Shown: positions 22,816 through 38,431, counted from the first letter of the stretch. The stretch: DNA of 64,000 nucleotides from Eledone cirrhosa (GCA_964016885.1 OZ024740.1:80538001-80602000); one strand, 5' to 3'. Numbers and translations: made by a program. Notes: a model not told the origin generated them from the letters alone.

Positions 22816-25800
22816 GTATGCCCGATAAGACTTTAAAAGCCGGTACAATGCAGTCGAAAATACGATGGTAAATAAAGCAAAATAAGTGCCGTTACCCTAT
22901 TTCTCAGATGTGAAGCTGAGACAGTCCAAGATACAACAAATGAACGATATACATATATACATACATTCATATATATATATATATAGTTTTAGAGGTGCGT
23001 ATATACATTTTAATTTATATTTTTAATTATTGTGTGTCTACCCTGCCTTTCATAGGTTATAGATTCCATACACTGGTGGTTTTTCCTGTTTTATTGATGG
23101 CGCACTATTTCTCTCTAGTGTGTTACCTTTTCAACCTATTGTATTTTAAAGAGCTCAGGATTCCTTTTCTTTTGAGCACATTATTGACAGGGAATAACGA
23201 GAGTCTATGGCTCCGTTAATTTATCGTGATATATATATATATAACCTGTGAATCTAATTCTCTAGTGGAATTGTTTGTTAATCTAGGATCTAGGATCTGG
23301 TTGTTTTAACAACACTGTTGCGTTATCGTGAATAATATTTTATCTGAAGTGCGTGTTTACACGTATAAACATACCGACTACGTATCGTCAGCATTAAAAA
23401 TAAATACATTGCCTACGCAAATAAACGTATAGCCATGAAAAATATAACAGAATGTTTTTAAAATATTAAACATCTTTATGGAAGTAAAATGTTATCTTTA
23501 TACACAGCATCTTGTAGCAATAATTCAAGAAACCTTTCACACGAGCAAAAGCCGAACACCTACTACTTCAAATGTTAATCAAATTAAATTCAACAGAGTC
23601 TCATACAACCGGAGTGGAGCTTATACGGCAGTGGAGCTTATACGGCAGAGAAATCTATCGACACGAAGCACATCGATATAATAAACACATACATACAAGT
23701 ATGCACACACGCAGACATACATACACGCGCGCACAGTCACCCCCCCCCATATATATATATATATATACATACAACCACCATTTTTAGCAACCGTCCAACT
23801 ATCTCACCAGAATATACGCCTCAGTTGCAATATTTTAACACTAGTGTATATCAGTAATGGAGGTAATTTTGTTGCAGACAGTACCACATGGCTTTCATAT
23901 AATACAGGTATCAAGAGACATGACCTGATACAGTAACACATTGTTACCCTTTACATCTTAAATTATCGACACCAACATACATATCTTACCAGGCCAGCTG
24001 CAATAACTTTAATTCCGTTTGACTTTCTGTTTTCCATACATATCTACAACAGCTACTTTGTAGACAATTCTGAAATATACTCACACTTCAATGAAGAAAG
24101 CTAAGCATTATTTTTACAGACGCAAACAAAGTTTTCTCAAATTAACAGTACTGCAGCTATCTCACAAACAATATAGTTTATGTATTCAATAAAATAATCA
24201 TAAACTCTCTAAAGAACATATACAATATATAACACTAATTACACAAAAGATATAGTCAACCTCATAAAAAAACAGAGACATCATGCTAGACCATCGTCAT
24301 AAACAAGCGAAATCACACTAAGCTCTAAATAAAAGAAAAAAGCAAACAAAATGTCAAACAGTAGAGAAATAGAAAACTGAGAAATAATTGTGTACATTAT
24401 AAATTATAAAACAAACTGTAAAACACTACAGAGAATATTTACTATATTCAACAATCACAATGGTCGCACGACACCACTGCTACAATAACAAATAAAACAC
24501 TCTTATTGCTTCACCAAGTACACGACCATATCAGATATGTCTCTAGAACTGGCAAAAAATGAAACAAAAACAAAAGAAAACAAAAGCAAAAACAACGACA
24601 ATCAAACAAATCACGTTTCGCCTCCATCAGTAGTCGAGTCATATAGCAAATAAAGAAGTTGTGCAAAGGCTTAGCGGATGATGCTTGCCCACGTGCTGCA
24701 CACACACACACAGGACCAAGTGTGAGCCTTCTTCGACTGAGGAGACCTGGGGTACTTGCCCCTAACATCTGCAACTAATAGTATGAACACTAGCAAAAAT
24801 AGCTTGAATCAAGATGTTGAACAAAATTATAGCAATTGTAAATCACAATATAATTCCAGTTGAATTAACACCGTAATATCAACTCATAGGAAAATCACGA
24901 TGTACATGGACCGACCAAATGAGTTTTACGCTTCAAAATAGTCCCTGAAAAGAAATAGTGCAGTTATTAATAAGAAAAGTTGAAATCAATACATGTACGA
25001 TTTCACATATCTCACATCAATCCTTCATAGTCAGCCTATGAACCTTTCAGCCAACCATCGTAATACATTTTCTTTAGGAGGAGGATTGGAAGTGTCGTTA
25101 GTTTTAACGACACTTGGCTCTCTGTACAAATAAAACTAACCTTTCCCTTTATCTGTTAGAGGGAGATAAAAGAAGTACCAGTTAAATGATGCTGTCGATT
25201 CTCCCTTTATATGTTTTTCTCGCTTACTCTCTCTCACTTCCAATCTTTCCCTGAAAGACATTGGCAAATCTCAGACCTTAAGAGGGATGAGATAGACCAT
25301 GTTTAAAATGCCCGAGTCATGTCGTATGACATGTCAACGCCCCTACTCCATCAGGAGTTACGGATATATACATACATACATAGTGTTTGGTACGAGAGAG
25401 AGAGAGAGCCTTCAATAAAGCGGGTTTGTATTCAACAAAATCAAATCAGAATAAATACAATGTTTATATATATATATATATATATATAAAAACATGAGAA
25501 GAAAGAAGAATACTGCGTGGTTTGCACATGGGTTACATATGATAAAAATAGTCCTTCGTCAGTGATTTTCCAACCATCATTGGTATTTCATCGCACTAAA
25601 AATCAGATATCTCAGGTTGGTGCGAGCAATAACCAAAAAAAGTTATTGGGACCAGAATTCGCGTAAGGCGAGGGGGACAAGTAAACAACATAGAAGGATA
25701 AAAGCAAACCGAAGATAGGAAAATAAACAAGCAACATGGTTGTCCGGTCAGCATAAGCTGGGTGGATTTCATGAGCGAGAGAGATACAGACCGTGTTGAT

Positions 25801-25842
25801 GTGTGTGAGATGTGAGCAAGAAGAGACCCACACAAGCCAAAC

Positions 25843-25902
<60 letters not shown>

Positions 25903-25982
25903 TATTGAGTACTTTGGTGCGTTATGGGCCACATGGTTCCTTACCACATTTCCTTCGTGATATATATATATATATACTTTTC

Positions 25983-26256
<274 letters not shown>

Positions 26257-26360
26257 TTGCTCTACGGTTCTTATATATTTGATATATATTTTCCTTATCG
26301 AGCCCTCTTTGGATTTTAGTCTTCAATTTTATTATTATTACTATATATATATATATATAT

Positions 26361-27025
26361 TTATTAAAATAACAGATTAAAGTTTAAGCAAAGAATCGCT
26401 GCTTTCACCCTTAACAGGATCTTCTGAAACTAACAAAGTCAATCAGTAAACCCAGAACTGGATATTTCAAAAACATTGCAACCGGAGGAAGACAGGAAGA
26501 CGATACTTTGGTTCGTGGAAACGTTCGCTGGCAAAGAACGGGAAAAAACGAATAATACGTCATTAATAGGAGCGGTGAAAAACAATTACGCGCAAAGACA
26601 GATCCACGTTTATCGTATAAAAGAGGTCGTAGACTAATGTTCTCTTAGGTGGTGCATAGAGACGCTCTCTGGCAATGAACGAAAAAACGAAGATAATAAG
26701 TCATATGTGGAACGTGAACGTCTCTATGCACCACCTAAGAGAACATTAGTCTACGACCTCTTTTATACCATAAACGTGGTTCTGTCTTTGCGCGTAATTG
26801 TTTTTCACCGCTCCTATTAATGACGTATTATTCGTTTTTTCCCGTTCTTTACCAGCGAACGTTTCCACGAACCAAAGTATCGTCTTCCTGTCTTCCTCCG
26901 GTTGAAACGTTTTTTGAAATATCCAGTTCTGCGTTTACAGATTGACTTTGTTAGTTTCAGAAGATCCCGTTAAGTATGAAAGCAGCGATTCTTTGCTTAA
27001 ACTTTAATCTGTTATTTTAATAAAT
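26361..27025. repeat. Inverted pair of family E elements (~305 bp arms, ~54 bp spacer)
   Basis: 26361-26664 mirrors 26719-27025. HHR motifs at 26373-26444(-) and 26938-27011(+). Confidence 0.9.
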
Positions 27026-27110
27026 ATTTGCTCTCCGGTTCTTATATATTTGATATATATTTATCCTTATCGAGCCCTCTTTGGATTTTAGTCTTCAATT
27101 TTATTATTAT

Positions 27111-27153
<43 letters not shown>

Positions 27154-27344
27154 GGAAAAGAGTCAGGACCCCTTTTAAAACTGAAAAGATTTACTGGGAA
27201 CCCTACTCCCGACCAGGATCGAATTCAGACCAGGATCACCACCGTCTAAGATACCTATAAATAGGCCACCGAGACAGATGGGTTCCCAGTAAACGTGTTT
27301 CGGTTGAGTTTTAAAAGGGGTCCTGACTCTTTTCCTATTACCCA

Positions 27345-27500
27345 GCAATTAGCCCAGTACATTACTGGTACTTTATTTTATCGACCTCGTAAGGATGAAA
27401 GGCAAAGTGAACCTCGGAGGGATTTGAACTCACACTATAAAGGGCGTAACTCTATGTTGAAAAGCATGGCGTCCAACCTTCTGCTGATACTGCCAATCCC
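27345..27500 (-). mobile_element. tRNA-derived SINE copy
   Basis: Reverse complement of the 15926-16108 family; a partial plus-strand copy lies at 27715-27800. Confidence 0.85.
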
Positions 27501-27590
27501 CTGAGCTGTATTATATAATTGTTTCTACTTTAGGCACAAGGTCATCAAATACGGAATGACCAGTTCTATCCGGTGGTAAACTAACAAAGC

Positions 27591-27631
<41 letters not shown>

Positions 27632-29316
27632 GATAAATGTATTACATCCTTCAATATATAAATTTCCACCAATGTTATATTTCTCACACCATCCGTGGAA
27701 TTTCCATGCGTATTTTAATCCTTACAGGGTCGATAAAAAAACACCAGTAATACAGTGAGATAATTGCTGGCCTTGTGCCAAAAGTAAAAGCAATTATTAT
27801 TTCTATAGACTTATTTTTACTGCATATTTCCATTGTATTATAGAGTGCAGCTGTGTGTGCCATGAGAGCTTGTAGTGATTTCGTTCGTTTTTACATGTTT
27901 TCTAATTTTTTTAGTGTAATATGACAGCACACGATTAGTAGAATAGGGAAAATAAGTGTGATAAAAACTGTACAGTATAACCCCCCCCCCCCCCCCCAAC
28001 AGAATAACAAACAAACAAAAATGAAAAAGAGAAGTCAGAGAAGAAAACAATGAAAAGGGAGAAATAATGAAAAGCTCTGCAACCCAGTCTGAGTGGTATG
28101 CTTCTGCACCTTTAATACTCTGTAATCCATTAGATACGGCACAGGTGAAAGGTGAAAATATTCACATCACAATCATTAAATTCCGGATTCATTCCTACTG
28201 CATGGGATCGTGGGCAAGTGTTGTCTGCAATAGCATCATGTTCACCGACGACATGGGTGTAATATTACTTCAGTAGATAAGAACGTTTTTGAAACCAGTC
28301 AGATGGACTATAATTGTAATTTACACATACTCTAATTCAAATGCACTATAATTTGCCGCCATGATAATTCTCATATACTGCAATTCGCACACGTGACAAT
28401 TCATGCACATTGTAATTCAAACATTGTATCACATTGAATTTTGCTGAGAATTACTTTAATGGTACACATACATGTGAAATATATTCAGAAGTAGGCCTCT
28501 GTGTTGACCGAACGACTAAAATACACTTAGTGAAAACCGTTTATTGTATTAACGAGTAGGTTCTTATTTTTTGTCTGTATATTGTTATTAGTTTCCTATT
28601 TTCAATAATTTCATGTAAGTTTCGTTTATACCTGCCGTTTCATACTTTTCCCTGTGTAAATTGTAGCTGAATGTTACATTTGTCTTCCTTTGTTGGAGAT
28701 TCTTTTTTCTGTTTTAAGTATTTCTTTAGTATCTTTTTTTCTGTGCAGAATATGTGCGATATGTGATGTATTATTTTATTGGACAGTGACTACGTTTCAT
28801 ATTTGCTGTGTTATGTAATATAACGTCCGTAGATGCTATACAATATCTGCACAGCAGATAAAATACTAAAGATTTGCAGCTTTGTAGAATGTGACTTGTC
28901 GGTCATGTGTGGTGTGTGTTATAGTTCCAGCCATCGATTATGAAGGTGTATGGGGTGTTATATTTTGTAATAATTTGGGAGGGTCATGTTGCCAATGACA
29001 ACACGCGCACCTGTTGGTTTCACTTCACTTTACTATAAATTTCCGGTTGGTTGGCTGGTTGGACAACCGGAAGGTTGTTTATATATTGCCAAAGCTCTTT
29101 CGTCACACATTCTGTGACCTCTTCAGTGACTAGGTTTTTATTTTGTGTGTCTCTTCTTTGTTCTGGCCTACACCACCTTCTTTTTGTGTGATGTGTGTTG
29201 AGTGTTTTGTTTGCGCATGCGTTACACACGGATGTGTGTGTGCGTTATTTCTTTTGTTTGTGTTTATTTACTTGTCACTAGTTAGTTGTTTGTTCTATCT
29301 GTGTGTGTTATATTTT

Positions 29317-29498
29317 GTGGATTGGCAGTATCGGTAGAGGGTCGGACGCCATGCTTTGACGCATAGAGTTACGACCCTTGCCATTCTAAGTTCAAATCCC
29401 GCCAAGGTTAACTTTGTCTTTCATCGTTACGGCATCGATAAAATTAAGTACCAGTAATGCACTGGGTAATTGCTGGTCTTGTGCCAAAAGTAGAAACA
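29317..29498 (+). mobile_element. tRNA-derived SINE with a 10 bp target-site duplication
   Basis: Same family; GTTATATTTT occurs at 29307-29316 and 29499-29508. Confidence 0.9.
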
Positions 29499-29530
29499 GT
29501 TATATTTTATTTAATATAAATTCCTTGCTC

Positions 29531-29740
29531 GGCCACTTCCTCTTTGCACCGGTGACCGTTGAGACCTGAGGCGTCCTCGAACCCCGTACAGTCAAGCTCC
29601 TCCGTAAAATGAGAACATCAGCAGTCCGTCTGAGGAAGGAGCCACGCGAGTTGGGGTAGCTGATGAGGCGGGTGTCGCTGGCCATTGTCCGCGAAAATTT
29701 CTTTGCAATTTTCTCTGCGGGGTGCAGCCGAAACACTGCC
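29531..29740 (+). pseudogene. 3' fragment of a CRE-like non-LTR element (restriction-like endonuclease C-terminus)
   Basis: Manual translation GHFLFAPVTVET*GVLEP...EPRELG*LMRRVSLAIVRENFFAI fits the F-P---ET-G...QR-SLA--RGN pattern. Confidence 0.7.
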
Positions 29741-31292
29741 CCAACCTAGGTGTAGAGTCTGAAATCCACTCTCCTTCCTCCCCTGTCTTTCCTCCGTTGC
29801 CTAATAGTCCTTTTCTATATACCCAGATCTGCTTTTATTTACCCCATCCCCTCTTTTTACCATTAGGTAAGTTTGTTTTTAGCTTTTTTAAATATTTCCA
29901 TCATTTTATAACTTTTGACTGTAAAATATAGTTGACATAAAATAAAAAAATGATAACATTAATTGTCTACTGTTTGTGTTGTGTTTGCAAAACTAAAATA
30001 TATATATTTTAAAAAATGCAAATAGAATTGTAGATTAGATATATTGGAGTTAGATGACATTTTATGCAAAAACAAAAATAACTTCCACATGCAACATGTT
30101 ATTGTAGCTGGCAGTAATTCCTAATGTCCATTAGATGCTACAAAATACTTCAGCAATGCTGGTATAGTCACTGCCTCAATCTCTCGCTCTCCCCATCCCT
30201 CATTATTATAAGTATACAGGGGGGTGTCTACGCGCTGGCCACGACGCTGCACCGGCAGACAGAATGGAGAAGGCGTTTTCCTAGAATTTGGTGAGGGAGT
30301 GAGATATATTATTCGTTGCTAATTGTGCAGAATGTGATATGTAAATTGTACTATGTGATTTGTGTTTTTGCAAAAATATCAAACCTTCCCTCCATAAACC
30401 ACCCAAAATACATAAGGAAAAGAACACAGTAAGTAACAGCAGAATATGTGGTGGTAGAGGAGAAAAAATTAACCACATTATCTCTGCTCACCAAAAGAAC
30501 AATATATCTACAGACACGATAGAATTGCGATATACATACATCGAAAATAATGCCAACATTACGAAATACTAACAGAAAAAGATGGTAGTATAAACAAGCA
30601 TTAGAAAACTGACAAGGCCACCACACTCTGGGGTATTACAATAAACACCAACAGGGAAAACAAAGTCAATCGATAGGATATTATATTAAAAATTCACTAT
30701 GAAATTATGTCTTCTAATGTATCTATCCTTACTGAGAACAACATATCTATAAAACAAATTGAGAAATTATACAAATATAAAGATCTGTAGATAGATATAA
30801 CCCTAATGTCAATGATGGAAACAGAAACAATCCCTATAATAATAGATGCACCAGGAATGATAACCACACGCGCCGCACACACAAATAGTAGTAGTTATAT
30901 TCATTGCGTATTTTCACAGCAAAATCGAATGCAGCTATGTACATATTTCTGTTTTGGTTGGGTGGTTTCTATTGTTTTGAAAGTAATCTACAGCAATGCC
31001 ATTTCTATAGTATTTGCACATGTATAAGTCTTAGTTATGTTTTTGTTTGCGTTCTTTTTATGGATAGATTCTGTTTTCCGTCTTCGTATTTTGATTATCA
31101 AATATTTCGTGATCTTTATATGTGGAAACTGGTACAAAGCAACTTTTACAAATACAGCTTTGTGCTGATATTTCGTATTTTTGATATTCCCATTTTCAAA
31201 CGCTTGCTCGACTATTTTTATTATCTATTGCTTGGTCGGCGGCGAATCGGTTTGTTTGTTTTTCTTTTTCAAACACTTGCTTATAGTAATGA

Positions 31293-34200
31293 CTAGCAGA
31301 GGCACTCGGCGTTGTGTGGGAATGGAATTTTTCATTATATATTAGAAGAAAAAAGCAAAATATGTTGTATAGAAATTTGTTTTTCTAAATTCAATTTATT
31401 CTTCAATTGGCATACATGAGGAAATGAATTCTGAATTCATAATACAAAAAAAAAAATAAAATGAAATAAATAATACTAATAATAATAAACGAAAATACAA
31501 AATTTACCACTTTTATGAGGGGAGATAGATTCTATCAAATATGTAAAGGAAATTACGTAAGAGCTTCTGGGTAATCATTCTTTATTTTCTGGTTTGGAGC
31601 ATAGACAAATAAGTCTTGTAAACTACCCAGCCAGGAGCAACCAACATAAAGTTGACCATGAGAAAAGCAAGGCTCAATTAAGTGCAAGCCAGTAGATTTC
31701 AAAGTCTGACCTTGAGATTTATTAATAGACATTGCGAAGCACAGTCGTACTGTGAAATGTGTTCGTTTGAACTCAAATGGCATGTATGTTTGTTTGATTG
31801 GAATTCTTGGAAAGAAAACCTCTTCCCCAGAAGCACATCCAGTGATGATGGTAGCTTCTATCACATTAGGTGATGTCTCCACAATCAACCTTGTCCCATT
31901 GCATAATGTAGGAGGATCTAAATTGCTTAGAGGCATTATTGGGACTGCTACCTTCAGAAAAAGTGTATGTGGAGAAGTTCCAAGTGGCTCAAGAGAATTA
32001 AGGAAATCTGCTGGGCAGTAAACAGCTTGATTTTCATCAAGGACTGAATCAACTGATTTTTACTCCTTAATCCTTGGGATCTTATTCATTAATTCGTGGT
32101 TAATCCTTGCTACTGTTTCATTTTTCTTTTAGCAATAATTGCTTTTCACACAACCATTTATGTGAATTATAATTATTACTTAAGTCTGAAATACCGTTCT
32201 TCAATTCAGCTGGGGAATTCTCCATGATAGCAATATGAGCCAAATTTATATGACCATTGCCATTAATTGGTACTTTTCCATTCCCTAACCGGACGACCCG
32301 GCTTGAAAACTGTTCTGCACATTGACCCCAATGTAATAGAGCTCGCGTGTTAAAATTGAAGGAGAATTTCTGTACTTTATTCATAAGGTACGAAGACTTA
32401 ATGCATGCGTTTTTTTCACCAGCTCTTGTTCTTCTCAAATGACTGGTAATGTCTGTCTGTAGTCTCCTGATAAAACTAATGTAACTCCTCCAATGTTGCC
32501 TCCTATGTCCTGCATAGTCTTATGAAGAGCTTCAATTGCATCTCTATGTGAGATGGTGCATTCATACCAAATGATCAGATGGCATTAACGCAACACTTCT
32601 GCTAAACCTGAATCTTTGCTTCTGTTACAAATTGGAATGTCATTTTTGACCAGGTTTAGCGGTAATTTAAAAGCAGAATGAGCTGTTCGTCCACCTGGGA
32701 GAAGGGTGGCAGCAATGCCAGATGATGTTACAGTAACTACAATTCTTCTTTGCTGCCTTACCTTGGAGAGAAGCAATGTTGTTACAAATATTTAACTAGT
32801 GCCACCTGGAACAACAAGAATGAAAATTCCTCCCCTTTTTTCTCTGACTGACGAAATAATTGTATCATATGCACAGCGTTGTTCTGGATGAAGTTTAGGT
32901 TCATGTTCACTCACAAATGCAGCCAACTCTGTGATATCATAATGTGTCTCTCTTGTTATGTCTCTTGAAGTTAAATCACTAATTTGATGGTTTGTTTTTG
33001 GCAGTCCAGAGCCAGATTCTTACAACTCTTTGCCTCCAATGGCCAAAATTTGATCCTCAACTTCAATCAGTTCTTGATTAAAAATGTTTTTCAGAGAACT
33101 GAATATTGATATTTGGGTCTGCCTGTTGAACTACATACTTTAAGTCCCCAGTCATGTCCTCACAAATTTTCATCCTAAGCTGTAGGGGACTGCCAAGTTG
33201 ACATGTATTCAGCATAATTGCAAAAAAGTTAGGGAGTCTCCTTGGAGAATCTAACACTGATGCTTCAGCCAATGCAAGGTCCCAATGCTCATCATTTTCT
33301 AAAAAACCTTTTTGATAGCATGCTTCCCTATAAGTTTTACACACATGACCATTTACCCTCCTCAAATCTTGGAATGATTTGGGAGCACGTACTTCATGCA
33401 AAAGGAGCCGTAAGTAGTAGTATTCTGCTGGGCTTGGGTGTACACTGTAAACTCTCGCAATAGCTTCAGCCCCACGTTTCCTCTTGTGCAATTTATTGTT
33501 TCTCCAGGTGTAATACTTGGCTAATTCTAGGTAACGGAGTTTTCTTGCATCTTAATCTTTTTCACACAACTTAAAAAAGGCAGTAAGGATAGTTTCTTTG
33601 GGTGAAAGTGCGTGTTGCAAGGCTGTTTGCTTTGTAAATATAACCCTTTGGCCATTCTCTAGATGTACACTCAGATGAATGATGGCTGGGTGCCTCTCAT
33701 GAATGGGAAAATTGAAGATGCTCCAAAAAGCCTCATTACAACTGTTGTATCTTCCTCTCTCATACTGTGCAACTTCGTCATTTTGTTTATCTGCTGACAG
33801 CCATTCTGCATAAGAGTGTATATTGCAGCATCTAAACGTTTGTTTATATGTTAGTAGACTTAATAAAGTTGCAGAATTTAACATTGATATGGGCTTTGAA
33901 AGTTTTTGTTAGAAGAGGACAGTAAGGTACAATCCACCGATTGTCAATGATGAATTCTTCCCCATTTCTCATTTTTTCTGTCGAAGTGAATCCACCATGC
34001 CCAGGTTTTCTTCTCCCGTAAAAGGGGTAGGCACCTTCTCCAGTTTGGATTCTTTGTACAAAGGGATGTGGCTAGTTGTTGGTACACTTATTAATTGAAC
34101 TACAGAGTTCATATATCATCTGGTACTTGACAATTTCATGCAGCAAAGGATCTTGCTGTGGATGAGGCAGTTCAGCTGAGATGAATAAATCAATATCATT

Positions 34201-35864
34201 TGGCCGAAGTTTTTCATGTAACCAAATCAAAATGTGGGCATGTAGCAATCCTCGTTTTTGCCAATCAATTGTGTACATGTCACATTTGATTGGTTCAAAG
34301 ACTTCACATTTTTTTAGCAGATCCATTAGCTATAATATCAGGGTGATCTTTGGGTTCTTGATGATGTTAAAGCTCACTCTTTATTTTATGCCATGTTGGG
34401 TTACAGTACCTTCAAAGTATCTGGGAGAGTACCAAACGTCGGTAAAACAAGCGTTCCTCGATGACAACACATAGTGGTGGTTTCTCTTTCCCATTTCTTT
34501 CCTTTACTAAAGTTGCACTCTTTTGACATTGTCCCAATATCAATCAATTTCTCTGTAGAATAATCATGTTTGTGGATTATAATTGAAAGCTGCTCTTGAA
34601 AGATGCAACTCTTCTGTCAAATGTATTCAGCACTATCTTGATCAAGAGGCTTACATCTTTCCTCTGAAGATTGGTGAAGTCTTGCAGTAACTGTTTTCTC
34701 CTGGTTTTTTCTTTGACTAATCTCTCGCTGACCTATTGTTTCATTGGCAACTCTGGCAGCTTGTCTTTGTCTTGCATCCTTTAAACGTTTTTCTCTTTCC
34801 TTGTTTGACTCTTGTCTCCTGCAGATTGCATTTTGTTGGCGTAATTGTTCTAACCGTTTTTCCCTTGCCTCTTGTGACTCATTGGCTCTGCGTGCAGCAG
34901 CTCTCCTCCTGTCATTTTCATGTCTTTGCTGTCGTTGTACGGGGGACTCTAGTGACCTTGCTCTGGCTACCTCTTCTCGTCTTTGCTTCACTGTAGAATA
35001 CTGATCATCTACACCAACCCTGTCTCCTTTTGTAGAGAGTGACATTTTTCTCGGAAAAGTTTTTGAAAATTAAAATGGGGATTAAATGAAAAAATGAGTG
35101 AAAGTTACGTGAATAACTTCACAAGAGTGATTGAAATAAATGGCGATTGTGGAACGCCGCACGTGCGCACCCACACACATACACACTCACATACACATAC
35201 GCACATGCACGCAAAGGCACACACGCACACACTCACACGTTTTGATAGTTTTTACTTTCTGTAGAACGCTGCACGCACGGACACACACGCTACACACACG
35301 CACGCGTGCACGTACACACACACGCACACACGTTAATAGCTATTGCTTTCCTTGCCCTCTTATTTCCACACACACATCACACACACATGTATCTACACTG
35401 ACACATATACATACAGTATAAAACACAGCATCTCTCTCTCTCCCACTATCCCCTCTTTTTGTGCCGGCTTTCTCTCAACTTCTCCTATAGAACATACATC
35501 CAGTATCAAACACTCAGCGTCTCTCCCCCCTTCTCTCTACCTCTATCCCCCTTTTTTCACCTTCTATAGAAACCTGCTCTCTTTCTATGCTTCTTTCTCT
35601 CTTCTCTCTGTCTTTTTCTCATTCTGTGTTTCTCTCGCTCACACTCTCTGTAACACTTCCTCTCTTTTAGTCTGTCTGTTTCTTTCACTCACACTCTTTC
35701 TATCTTTCTAACCCACTAACACACTCACACTATTTATTTCTCCCCTCTATCGAAAAACGTTGTGACGAATGACATGGAAGAGGAGAAGTAAAGAGCCACT
35801 TCAAGTCTTTGCTTCTCCGTTTCTTTCTCTCCCCTATCACTCCCTCGTTGGCATTATATAGAGA
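31293..35864 (-). mobile_element. Degenerate Helitron (Rep-PIF1 helicase), internally deleted
   Basis: HUH motif WQKRGLLHAHILIW; helicase motifs SSGIAATLLPGGRTAHS, LCNGTRL and FAMSINKSQGQT...FSHGQLYV. 3' end is a decayed hairpin plus CTAG at 31293; putative 5' end TCTCTATATAA at 35864. Confidence 0.92.
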
Positions 35865-35890
35865 CACACAAATACACAGATATCTGCTAA

Positions 35891-36918
35891 TCTACTATAT
35901 AAATTGGAAGTGGTCGGACGTTGTATATTTAAGTAAGTAGGTGTAGTCGGATAAACGTCGAAACGTCTTGGTGGAATGCAGCGAAAATTTACACAGTTAT
36001 GCAAAATGACCCGAGGAGGCGTTGGGTCGACTTTTAGGGTACAAGCTTCCATGGTCACGGAGAAAATCGATGAGACAGGAATTTCCCATTCATATTGAAC
36101 TGAGAGTAATCTGTGAACGCAGAAGTAAATATTTCGAGAAACGTTCCAACCGAACGAAAACAGGTAGACGATATTTTGGTTCGTGAAGACGTTCCTTGGC
36201 AATGAACGGGAAAAAAAGCGAGGATAATACGTCGTTATGTGGAACGAGAAGAACATGCAAAGACAAGACCAAGTTGATGGTGTAAATGGAGTCGTTAGAC
36301 TAATACTCTATGTAACATAACAGAATGATTTCTAGCCCCGGAGTTTACGAATGATGTAAATAAAATTGAAAACGAAAATGACAGAGGTTATTAAAATAGT
36401 AAAAGTAAATAGTGAAGATTTAGGCCAGTACATACCTATGCCCCGACGGACATACACATACATACGCACACACAAATACATACCCCCCTCCACACACACA
36501 CACACGAGCGCGCGCGTGTATGAACCTTATGCATTTCTACAGTATTTTCACCAAAATTAAGACATTGGTTACTTATGTACTCCGGATGGTCATGGGCACT
36601 TTCATTTTTCCAGATATTGATTATAGGGCTTCCCGGCAGATAACCCCTTTAACCATTTCCTTGGAGTCGACTGAAGAACTGCAGTGCAATGCAATAAAAC
36701 CTCATAAGTTCTGGAGTTAGCAACCGATTTTCACAAAACTTGACACATGGGCTACGTTTGTCCTACAGATGAATGTGAACTCTTAGAATTGGCACATATT
36801 GAGTAGGGTACCCCTGGAGGCAGGAACCCTCTTTTGGAAAAAGCCGATGATTTTGTAAAAGCATAGTTTTCGAAGTAGCACTGAAGTATTGACATAAATG
36901 GTATACACACTCTGCTAG
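35891..36918 (+). mobile_element. Possible non-autonomous Helitron-like element interrupted by a family E fragment
   Basis: Starts A|TCTACTATATAAA, has internal AACCGATTTTCACAAAACTTG, and ends CTGCTAG|T. Confidence 0.4.
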
Positions 36919-37000
<82 letters not shown>

Positions 37001-37604
37001 GCAGCACGTTTATGTTCATGTTTACACATATTCTTTTCCCCGCTGTTACCCGTCTATTTTGTTCTTACTGCTTCCTCTTTCTCTGTATCTTTACCCTCTC
37101 TAGCCGTCACTCTCTCTGTTAGCCTCTTCCTCACCCTTCACTCACTCATTCTCTGTTACTATTTCTCCTCCTCCTTCTTCCCGTTTGACCTGTGCGTAAT
37201 TCTTTTCTTTCGCACCTTGGTCTGGCAGGTCGCTTTTTTTCTCTCTCTCGTCTACGATTTCACAGAACTTACGTTCACCGAATTTACAGACTAGATCCCT
37301 TCTTCCTCCCGTTAGACCTGTACAGAATTCCTTCCTTGCTCACATTCCAACCAGGTTTGATGGTCTTTATTCTCTCTCGTTCACGATTTTACCGAATTTA
37401 AATTCATAGAAATTTGGGACTTGACTCCTTCTTCCTCACTTTTCGTTGCTTCACCATTTTTGTTTGTTTACACTCGTGTCCGCTTTATTTGCGTGTCCCA
37501 ACGACTTTCTTTAGCCGTTACTCGCACCAACCAGAGGTATATGGTCTTTAAAGCGATTAAATACCAATGATGATTGGAAGATCACTGATGAAGGACTAAC
37601 TTTA

Positions 37605-37662
<58 letters not shown>

Positions 37663-38288
37663 TGTGTGTGATTTTCGTGTGATTAAACCAACCAGCCAAA
37701 CAACCAGCCCCAACCAAAAACATCTCTCTTTTATATTATATAAAGATTTTAGTAGGGCATTCGTCTCTAACTCTGCCTATGGAGTTAATTCCCTTAGCAA
37801 TTTGGAGGAAGTTGCTCTGCTGGACATTAGTGTATTTAGTATATAATATTTGGATATAGTGTTTGACTTGTCAAACTACACAAATTATCTGACCAATTTT
37901 CCCGCTGAGTTATTGGCAGAGTTAAATCAAAACAAAAATAGATTAAGTTCCTAATAGATTTGCCTTTGTTGAGCATGATAAAAAAATACGTTAGCGAATA
38001 GAAAAGAGATTTTTAACTACCTAATCTAAGTGTGAAGGAATGACAGGTGTTCAATAATGAAACCATTAGCCATCATCTTACTTGCACGTGAGTCATATTT
38101 GAATGCTTGCTTTTGTGATTTTTGAACGCACATTTTTCTTGCTATTATTCTCGCTTCTTAAAATTATTTTATCGTTTCTGAATTTAAATAAAGAAAACAG
38201 ATTCTGAATGCTATAAAGCGGTGTTTTCTCATTCTTTCTAATTATAATTTTTCCAGTTTATTAAAGGTGTAACACATTGTAGCTACTA

Positions 38289-38365
<77 letters not shown>

Positions 38366-38395
38366 GTGTGTGTGTGTGTATACATATACATGTAT

Positions 38396-38431
<36 letters not shown>

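Noticed and set aside
22829-22872. CCGATAA GACT...AGTC GAAA motif
   Set aside because: C3-A8 mismatch, and stems I and III do not form.
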